NCBI GenBank assembly: GCA_017935095.1
Contig: JAGBIH010000016.1
Location: 255-64,254, forward strand
Origin: Ruminococcus sp.
GTDB lineage: Bacteria; Bacillota; Clostridia; Oscillospirales; Ruminococcaceae
Reading direction: 5' to 3'
Length of the DNA: 64,000 nucleotides
Position 1 is the first letter of the stretch, and each line of letters starts with the position of its first letter. The notes under the pieces were generated by a model. It did not search any database. It worked only from the letters and a program-made list of their open reading frames with translations, and was not told where the DNA came from. Below are positions 1 through 6,974 of this stretch, in pieces. Position numbers and translations under genes: made by a program.

Positions 1-434
1 TCTGGCGGAGATATTCTGGAGGATAAGAAAGAAATCGTTGAGCATATGCACAAGATAAGCGAACACAAAAGGAACGGCTCGTTCCTATTCCAAAGCGATA
101 GAATATATTTGTGAATTTCTGAAAAAAACACCAATAAACAATCAGTTCGTTCAATTAATAAAAGACTTGGAAAGCGATATTAACGATAAAAAAGTATTCT
201 GTATAGCGACTTTTTATTGTTTCTCGTAGGACGCAGGCAAAAATCTTATTTGGAAAAAGGATATGTTAAAGCTGCATTAAAATATTTCTTTGAGTTTTTT
301 TAGTTTTAATTCTGAAAAAGGAAAAACACCTACACTCAAACAATAATCCCTTATTTTACTTAAAAATGCTCATCTTTCCACTGGACTTCTTCAAAACCTT
401 GTGGTATAGTGTTGTACTGCAAGGAGGTGATTGT

Positions 435-626
435 ATGGCACGGATCACGATTGAGGAATTATACCACGGTGAGAAGTACAACATTATGGGCAACGCTGTA
501 GCAGAGCTTATGACAGAAGGAAAAGAAACAAACAATATACGAACAGCGTTGGAACTTATGCTCGTTAAACACACAGTTCTGGCGGTACAGAAAGCACAAA
601 CAAACGGTGACACAATCGAAATATGA
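435..626 (+). CDS. Small hypothetical protein (63 aa, MARITIEELYHGEK...)
   Basis: AAGGAGGTG RBS before ATG 435, TGGTATAGT extended -10 upstream, hairpin terminator downstream. Confidence 0.6.
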   Translation: MARITIEELYHGEKYNIMGNAVAELMTEGKETNNIRTALELMLVKHTVLAVQKAQTNGDTIEI

Positions 627-630
627 TTTT

Positions 631-663
631 CCCTCCACAAGTTTTATCTTGTGGAGGTTTTTT
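631..663 (+). terminator. Hairpin CCTCCACAAG-ttttat-CTTGTGGAGG plus T tract
   Basis: 10-bp perfect stem after the ORF stop. Confidence 0.65.
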
Positions 664-799
664 CCGCTTTTATTGAATGCTAAACTCACATATGATATAA
701 TAAAATAGGTTTTGTATATCACAAGTAGCGAAACTGCAACCTGAAGGTTATTGTGGTCTGTGCTTTTATGTGTTACTATTTATGCAGAGGTGATTTTAG

Positions 800-1468
800 A
801 TGATTTTTCCTGAGAAATTACAGCTTTTAAGAAAAAGCAAAGGTTTTACTCAAGAGGAATTCGCAGAGAGACTTCACGTTTCAAGGCAAGCAGTTGCCAA
901 GTGGGAAGCGGGACAGACCTACCCTGACATTGCGAATTTGATTCAAATCAGCAATCTGCTGAATGTGACGGTTGATTATCTTGTCAAGGAGCAGGAATGC
1001 ACAGTAAGACCCATATCAACCGACAACAACACAGATGAGATTATCGCATTTCGTCTTGAAGCAAATGTCAACACCTACGCTTCATTTATGAATGAGGTTG
1101 ATTCCACAAGGCTTGACTCACACGATTTCAGATATGAAAAGGGCGACTATGTTTATCACGACACATATGTTGGTGGTGAACAGTTTGCAGGTGAAGAAGC
1201 TATATGGAAAGACGGCAAGGCTGTGTATGCTATGAATTATATGGGCAGGGTTCTCGGGGAACGCTTCAGTGGGAATTTTCTGAAAGAAGCTCTTAAGAAG
1301 GCAGACTTCAATATGCCATATCGTGGCCCTGAATACTATCAATCGGGCGAGTACACATACAAGTCCAAGGTATCTGGTGACCTCACCTGGTTCCAAGGTT
1401 TTGAAGAAATCTACTGCAATGACACCAAGGTATACGAATGTTATTTCCACGGTGGATTATTGAGATAA
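800..1468 (+). CDS. XRE-family HTH regulator with DUF5680-like C-terminal domain
   Basis: N-terminal LRKSKGFTQEEFAERLHVSRQAVAKWE HTH, C-terminal YHDTYVGGEQFAGEE...YAMNYMGR...PYRGP. Confidence 0.8.
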   Translation: MIFPEKLQLLRKSKGFTQEEFAERLHVSRQAVAKWEAGQTYPDIANLIQISNLLNVTVDYLVKEQECTVRPISTDNNTDEIIAFRLEANVNTYASFMNEVDSTRLDSHDFRYEKGDYVYHDTYVGGEQFAGEEAIWKDGKAVYAMNYMGRVLGERFSGNFLKEALKKADFNMPYRGPEYYQSGEYTYKSKVSGDLTWFQGFEEIYCNDTKVYECYFHGGLLR

Positions 1469-1482
1469 CTTATACTTTGAAC

Positions 1483-1517
1483 AAACCCTCCACAAGCTGA
1501 AAACTTGTGGAGGGTTT
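1483..1517 (+). terminator. Hairpin AAACCCTCCACAAG-ctgaaaa-CTTGTGGAGGGTTT
   Basis: 14-bp perfect stem right after the XRE gene. Confidence 0.7.
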
Positions 1518-1556
1518 TGTACACTCTGATAATAATCGAACAAACATTCTTGCAGA

Positions 1557-1878
1557 TTTGTGCAAGTGACTGAAATTTATTAAAATCAAAAATTTGTTCT
1601 TGACATCGAACGTGCATTGTGTTAGAATAAAGTCAAAGGAGAAATCCTGATTTAAATTGAACATAACGATTTCTAATCGAGCAAGCGGAGACAGTATTTA
1701 TGACTGAGCTACCAAGCGCCGTACGAAACCAGACTTGACGTGAACACTTTGGTGTTCTATCCTACAGGATAATTGCGTCTGTTTGATTCGGCGGTTTTTT
1801 TGTTTGCCCGATTGTTTCGTACGATGATGAGAGCTTCTTTTTCGCTTGGCGAGGAAAGGAGCTCTTTTTGTTTTTACA
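1557..1878 (+). repeat. Copy 1 of tandem 466-bp-period unit (sigmaA promoter, structured leader, intrinsic terminator)
   Basis: Near-identical to 2023-2344. Contains TTGACA-17-TAGAAT, CGTACGAAAC/GTTTCGTACG pairing and a GAGCTTC...GGAGCTC-T tract terminator. Confidence 0.9.
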
Positions 1879-2022
1879 GTGTGATTGGCTTGAAATGATT
1901 GCAAGGTTTCCGTAGAAGCCTTCAACAGTATTTTGAAAATTGAATATGAGAGTTTGAAGAAAATCTGCGGTGCTTTCAGATTTGTATAAAACGTTGCGCA
2001 AACGAAAGTATGTTCCGTTTTC

Positions 2023-2344
2023 TTTGTGCAAGTGACTGAAATTTATTAAAATCGAAAATTTGTTCTTGACATTGAACGTGCATTGTGTTAGAATAAAGTC
2101 AAAGAGAAATTCTGATTTTAATTGAATACAACGATTTCTAATCGTGCAAGCGGAGACAGTCTTTATGACTGAGCTGCCAAGCGCCGTACGAAACCAGACT
2201 TGACGTGAACATTTTTATGTTCAATCCTTAAAGGATAATTGCGTCTGTTTGATTCGGCGGTTTTTTTGTTTGCCGATTGTTTCGTACGATGACTTAGAGC
2301 TTCTTCTTCGCCCAGCGAGGAAAGGAGCTCTTTTTGTTTTTACA
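2023..2344 (+). repeat. Copy 2 of the tandem promoter/leader/terminator unit, upstream of the HTH gene
   Basis: Direct repeat of 1557-1878 with several differences in loops. Confidence 0.9.
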
Positions 2345-2415
2345 AATCAAATTCTCAGAAATCACAATGAAGTATCCGTAGATTCTTCAACACCAAAACT
2401 TGAAAGGAGGAAAAG

Positions 2416-2688
2416 ATGAAAGGCTTTGTTAAAATCCCAAACACCGCATTTGAAATGAAGCTATCACCGATAGAGTTTTATGTGCTGTGCTATCTTCTCA
2501 AGTGCACAAACTCTGTCACAGGCAAATGCTTTCCGAGTTACAATCACATTGCAAGTGACTGTCATATCTGTCGCAGTTCCGTTGTGAAAGCGGTGAAAAA
2601 ATTAGAGGGGAAAAACATCATAACCGTGACACGCAACTACCGCAGACAAGTTATGAGAAGCAACAGCTATGAAATCAATCTGACATAG
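2416..2688 (+). CDS. Helix-turn-helix protein (HTH_36 / replication-initiator N-terminal-like)
   Basis: CFPSYNHIASDCHICRSSVVKAVKKLE...SNSY motif, GAAAGGAGG RBS. Confidence 0.7.
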   Translation: MKGFVKIPNTAFEMKLSPIEFYVLCYLLKCTNSVTGKCFPSYNHIASDCHICRSSVVKAVKKLEGKNIITVTRNYRRQVMRSNSYEINLT

Positions 2689-2834
2689 TGTAAATGATAA
2701 CACGGCTTGTGTTGTCAGATACACCCTAACAAGATGAATATAACAAGATGAAGAAAATTTATTTATCTGCAGAAAGAAAAAAGATATAGGTGCAGGCGGT
2801 CTTTTCTTCTCTGCTGATAATGAAAGGAGTTTCT

Positions 2835-3125
2835 ATGCTGACGAATTATGAAAGAGAAACGATTATCACATTCAATGAAGCAGAAACTGATTGCGAACTC
2901 TACACATACAATCAGAAGCTGATTAACAAACTGAAAAAACGCTGCGAAAGTCATCCGAGTCTGTACAGGATGGTCGCGGAAGATCAGTTCGGGGGATACA
3001 CATTCAGCTTTCCGAAAACACTTCTGACAATCAGTCCGAGAGTACCAATGAGCAAGGATTTGCGTGAAATGCACCGCAGAAATGCAATTGAAAATGGTCT
3101 GGGCAGAAATGGTGGCAAATCATAA
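2835..3125 (+). CDS. Hypothetical protein typical of Clostridiales mobile elements (MLTNYERETIITFNEAE...)
   Basis: GAAAGGAG RBS before ATG 2835. Confidence 0.65.
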   Translation: MLTNYERETIITFNEAETDCELYTYNQKLINKLKKRCESHPSLYRMVAEDQFGGYTFSFPKTLLTISPRVPMSKDLREMHRRNAIENGLGRNGGKS

Positions 3126-3519
3126 GATAATTGTCGGGGTTGAACGCTCTGCAAACTATTCAGGGTATCCCACGTCCTATGAATAAACAGAGAGTCACGA
3201 AGCCCGATAACTATCGGAGTGAAATGGGTAGAAATCGCAAGAACGGGTAACTGTCTCGATTGAGAGTATGAGCAGTCCCACGAAAGCGGTATTGATTTGA
3301 GGTTTGAGAAGATAGCAGGTTAAAGCGTCGGGGTTGTACCCCTCCGACGCAATCACATCGACGAGCAAAGCTCGCCGAAGATGCGGAGAATGCGAGAAGT
3401 CCGCAAACAGGGTCGTAAAAATGGCAGGTGTTACGATTATGGTGTTACAATCTCCCGTAAGCACGAAAAATACGAAAAACAAGCAGGTCGTGAAGTGTTA
3501 CGACAGAAAGTGAGGAAAA

Positions 3520-3924
3520 ATGGAGAACAAAGAAAAATACGCATTCTGGCTGTACCCAAAGACAAAAAAGCTTGTGGAATCTCACATGAAAGATACACCT
3601 TGCCGTTCACAAAGTGAATTTGTTGAGGATGCAATCCTCTTTTACTGCGGGCATCTTGATGTAAACACAGGTGAAGCAATAGGATATCTTGCACCTGTGC
3701 TGAACGGAATTGTCAAAGCTGAGATAGCCGGAACAGAGCAAAGACTTGCCTGATTGCTTTTCAAGGTTGCTGTGGAGCTTGGAGCAATTACTCACTTAAC
3801 TGCTGCGTCAAATGATGTCGATGACGAAGTAATTGACAAGCTAAGAGCTATGTGTGTGGATGAAGTCCGCAGAATCAATGGCACAATCAGTTTTGAAAAA
3901 GCAATAGATTATCAGAAAGGGTGA
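3520..3924 (+). pseudogene. RHH-type mobilisation accessory gene with in-frame TGA at 3751-3753
   Basis: Frame continues after the stop (LLFKVAVELGAITHL...DEVRRINGTISFE) and aligns with the downstream paralog (GLFRYAVEVEM...RNVRRTKGKLNLE). Confidence 0.7.
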
Positions 3925-3929
3925 TGTAG

Positions 3930-4406
3930 TTGGATAAAAAAATCAGAACAGGAATCTGTATTTCAAATTCACTTTTGCAGGAATGCGATGCTTATATCAA
4001 AGCTGGAAACGCTGAGAACAGGTCGGCTCTGATAGAAGATGCACTCAGACTTTTCCTTGCAAGTCGTGAGCTTAAGGACAAGCAGGAACTTCTTGTGCCG
4101 GAGCTTGCAAAGTGCATTGCCGAGGCATCAGATGAGGGCTTTACCAAAATATCAAAAGGTCTGTTCCGATATGCTGTGGAGGTTGAAATGATTATCATGA
4201 TACTTTCAAATCTGACCGACATTCCTGAAAAGGTTCTGAAGGAGTACAGAAAAGAGGCTGTTCGGAACGTTCGTCGTACCAAAGGCAAGCTGAATCTGGA
4301 GGAACTGATACAGCGTGATAATTTCGGGATTGCAGAGAAAATTCTCGAAAGGCCTGAACCTCAGGAGGATCCGCTCCCTGACGACAGCTGGATGTATGAA
4401 GCTTAA
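3930..4406 (+). CDS. Ribbon-helix-helix (CopG/MobC-like) accessory protein
   Basis: RTGICISNSLLQECD...NRSALIEDALRLFL RHH pattern, GAAAGGGTG RBS with TTG start. Confidence 0.65.
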   Translation: MDKKIRTGICISNSLLQECDAYIKAGNAENRSALIEDALRLFLASRELKDKQELLVPELAKCIAEASDEGFTKISKGLFRYAVEVEMIIMILSNLTDIPEKVLKEYRKEAVRNVRRTKGKLNLEELIQRDNFGIAEKILERPEPQEDPLPDDSWMYEA

Positions 4407-4730
4407 TACGTGCAAGGTAGGATGTGGAGTAACAAAACGTGACTCCATAAAAGGGTATCGTGTTTCACGATATCCTTGCAGGAGAGGGAGACGAGGTAAC
4501 GAATTGTGACTCCGTCTCCTGGAACAGCTGACCCGGCGAATCTCCGACTCAGGTACCGTTTCGGTAGTCGAGGTATCATGCAGGAGGAGTTGTTTCACCG
4601 CTCCCTTGCTAAAGCTGATAGAACGAATCGTTCGGTCAGGAGACTGCCTCGTGAAACGCTAGGTGGTCTGTCGCAAGCAACCATCCACCCGCACTGTTTC
4701 GGTGCAGGTGGCATGACGGTGAACAATCCG

Positions 4731-6242
4731 GAGCTGTTGACAAACTCCAAAATCCTCGACTTAGATACCGAAATATGGTATAATAGAAGTACAGAAAGCG
4801 AGGTAATTACGGTGCTTAACAGGAATGAAAATAGACAAATGAAGATGTGTTTGGTAACGCTTGATGAGCTTATGCCACAGGAGCATTTTCTCCGTGATTT
4901 AGATAGATGCTTTGATTTCAGTTTCATCTACGATAAGGTTGAAGCGCTGTATTCAAACACAGGTCGTCCGTCTGTTGACCCTGTTATGCTCATAAAAATG
5001 ATACTTATCGGTTATCTTTACGGAATAGAATCCGAGCGCAGACTCGAACAGGAAGTCCGTGTAAATATTGCGTATCGTTGGTTTCTCGGAATCGAACTTG
5101 ACGAGCCTGTGCCAGACCACTCTACAATCTCACAGCTTCGCCGCAGGAAATTCAGCGGAACAACAATATTTCAGGATATATTTGATGAAATCGTACGCAA
5201 GTGTATGGAAGAAGGACTTGTAACGGGGAAGCTTTTGCTTACAGACTCAACCCACATCAGAGCCAATGCCCGAAATGATTTGAGGGAAGTAATTGAGGTT
5301 CCAGATACACCAACTGAATATATGCAGAAGCTTGACCGTGAGGCATATGAAATGGGACTTATCAAAGAGCCTGTTGAGTACCCCGAAAAGACAAAGTCTG
5401 TTACACAAAGTATCACTGATCCTGACAGCGGATTATTAAATCGTCCCGGAAAGCCAAACGCTTTTTGCTATCTCAATCATCAGACCAGTGATGCAGAAAA
5501 TGGCATTATTACAGATGTTTTTATTACAGCTGGAAATGAACACGATAGTACGCCGCACACAAAACGATTGGAGCATCAGATTGATAAATTCGGGTTTAAT
5601 ACTGAAAGCATTTGTGCGGACGCCAGTTATGATAGCGGCGAAGTGCATAACGCTATGATGAAAAGGAATATCAAAGCTTTCATACCCGAAAGAAAGCGTT
5701 CAGGCACACCTAACTATGAACCGGATTTTGACCCTGTTTTTTTTATCTATGATGAAGAACGAGATGTCTATGTTTGCCCCACAGGTAAAGTTCTGAAATA
5801 TTCCGGCTACAGTAAAAGAAATAGGCGAAAAAGATATCTTGCTAAAAATTCCGATTGTAGAGTTTGCCCCTACAGGGAGAAGTGTATTGGTAATTCTAAA
5901 AACCCCAGAAAAGTAGACCGTTCATTACACGAAAAAGCAAGAAAGATGCAGAAGCAAAATATAGATACACCTGAATACCATACTGCTATGCGCTTGCGTA
6001 AAATATGGTGCGAGGGTAATTTTGCTCATCAAAAAGAACAACATAATTTAAAACGAACATTCAAAAGAGGCATTGAAAAAATAACCGAGCAATGCCTCCT
6101 TTCGGCGTGCGCATTAAACTTAAAACGACTTGTAAAGGCTATGTGAGTAGCCCCTTTTTATTGCCCTGACACGGAAATATTACAGTCGTTTCGCTTTTGA
6201 GGTGCTGTTTTACTTCTGAAAGCAGGAGTTTGTCAACAGCTC
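4731..6242 (+). mobile_element. IS1182-family insertion sequence (1512 bp)
   Basis: Perfect 18-bp terminal IRs GAGCTGTTGACAAACTCC (4731-4748 / 6225-6242), 7-bp target duplication CAATCCG (4724-4730, 6243-6249). Confidence 0.92.
4812..6146 (+). CDS. IS1182-family DDE transposase
   Basis: GRPSVDP, SERRLE, PDHSTIS, DST, ADASY, YxxRxxxxEGNF motifs. GTG start after GAGGT RBS inside the IR boundary. Confidence 0.9.
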   Translation: MLNRNENRQMKMCLVTLDELMPQEHFLRDLDRCFDFSFIYDKVEALYSNTGRPSVDPVMLIKMILIGYLYGIESERRLEQEVRVNIAYRWFLGIELDEPVPDHSTISQLRRRKFSGTTIFQDIFDEIVRKCMEEGLVTGKLLLTDSTHIRANARNDLREVIEVPDTPTEYMQKLDREAYEMGLIKEPVEYPEKTKSVTQSITDPDSGLLNRPGKPNAFCYLNHQTSDAENGIITDVFITAGNEHDSTPHTKRLEHQIDKFGFNTESICADASYDSGEVHNAMMKRNIKAFIPERKRSGTPNYEPDFDPVFFIYDEERDVYVCPTGKVLKYSGYSKRNRRKRYLAKNSDCRVCPYREKCIGNSKNPRKVDRSLHEKARKMQKQNIDTPEYHTAMRLRKIWCEGNFAHQKEQHNLKRTFKRGIEKITEQCLLSACALNLKRLVKAM

Positions 6243-6660
6243 CAATCCGTTCATCGTGACGGGACAAACCATCCCGTCATATAAAAATAGACCACGTCGT
6301 GAAACACGACGCAGTCTATCAAAAGCAAGCGGTCGGGGTGTAAACAAAGGATGCCCTGATTCAGGGCAGTGGTTACAGAGAATCCTAATTCCAATCAAGC
6401 GGTGGGGCGTGAAGTACGCCCTACCCAACAATAAAAGCTGCCATCAGTCTGACTGACATCAGCGACAACTAAAGCAGATTTATCAGTCTTCCACAAACTC
6501 AGCGACAAATTGTCGTTCAGTCTGATGATTCCATTTTCATGAAAAACAGAGTAGAATTGAGGTGAACAGATAACGCTTATAAAATTGGCAGACTCATTTT
6601 TGTATAACACAGGAATAAAAATCCAAAACTGATTCTAAACGGATAAGGGAGGCTTGCCTA

Positions 6661-6879
6661 TTGCGAATAATTGTCAGAGACGATAAGCGTATTGCAGAAA
6701 TATGGCTTACAAATTCCGAACAGCAAAGTGAGAATGTTCAGTCTGTCATCAGTGAAAAAACTGCTGAGTACAGTGAAAAGAAATACAAGATAGCAGTATT
6801 CCGTTCAGGAAACCGCAATCTGTATGACTGCACAGACGGACTTCTCCACAGCAACTACTATCTCGGAGAGGGTGCATAA
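6661..6879 (+). CDS. Small protein upstream of recombinase; candidate recombination directionality factor
   Basis: GGGGAGG RBS, TTG start, 72 aa. Function inferred from position only. Confidence 0.6.
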   Translation: MRIIVRDDKRIAEIWLTNSEQQSENVQSVISEKTAEYSEKKYKIAVFRSGNRNLYDCTDGLLHSNYYLGEGA

Positions 6880-6911
6880 TGCACCCGTACATACCTGACA
6901 AACATTACCTG

Positions 6912-6940
6912 TTGAATGTAACATAACCCCATGTTAAAAT
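6912..6940 (+). promoter_or_regulatory. sigmaA-type promoter for the recombinase
   Basis: TTGAAT-17-TAAAAT with extended TG. Confidence 0.5.
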
Positions 6941-6974
6941 GATTATGAATACTTCAGAAAGGACGGATTTTTAT

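Larger units (their letters stand above)
4411..6530 (+). other. Array of ~13 hairpins (structured ncRNA or ssDNA element), 4411-4730 plus 6243-6530, interrupted by an IS
   Basis: Back-to-back stems with 5-nt apices of consensus RWWWY. The wobble pairs checked are G-T on the + strand. Confidence 0.7.

Noticed and set aside
1-350. Possible gene fragment at the window start
   Set aside because: Only short open frames with no recognisable motif.
1700-1830. Hammerhead ribozyme in the duplicated leader (CTGAG...CGAAAC)
   Set aside because: Core CUGANGA is not matched and the three-stem geometry could not be built.
1698-2031. Minus-strand ORFs over the tandem repeat
   Set aside because: No RBS, no recognisable protein features, and better explained by + strand promoter/terminator signals.
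4506-4811. 102-aa N-terminal extension of the transposase ORF
   Set aside because: It starts outside the IS left IR (4731) and runs through the hairpin array. The real start is GTG 4812 with RBS and promoter inside the IS.
4411-6530. Hairpin array as a CRISPR array or integron
   Set aside because: No identical direct repeats with regular spacers, no cas or tyrosine integrase gene, and no cassette ORFs between hairpins.
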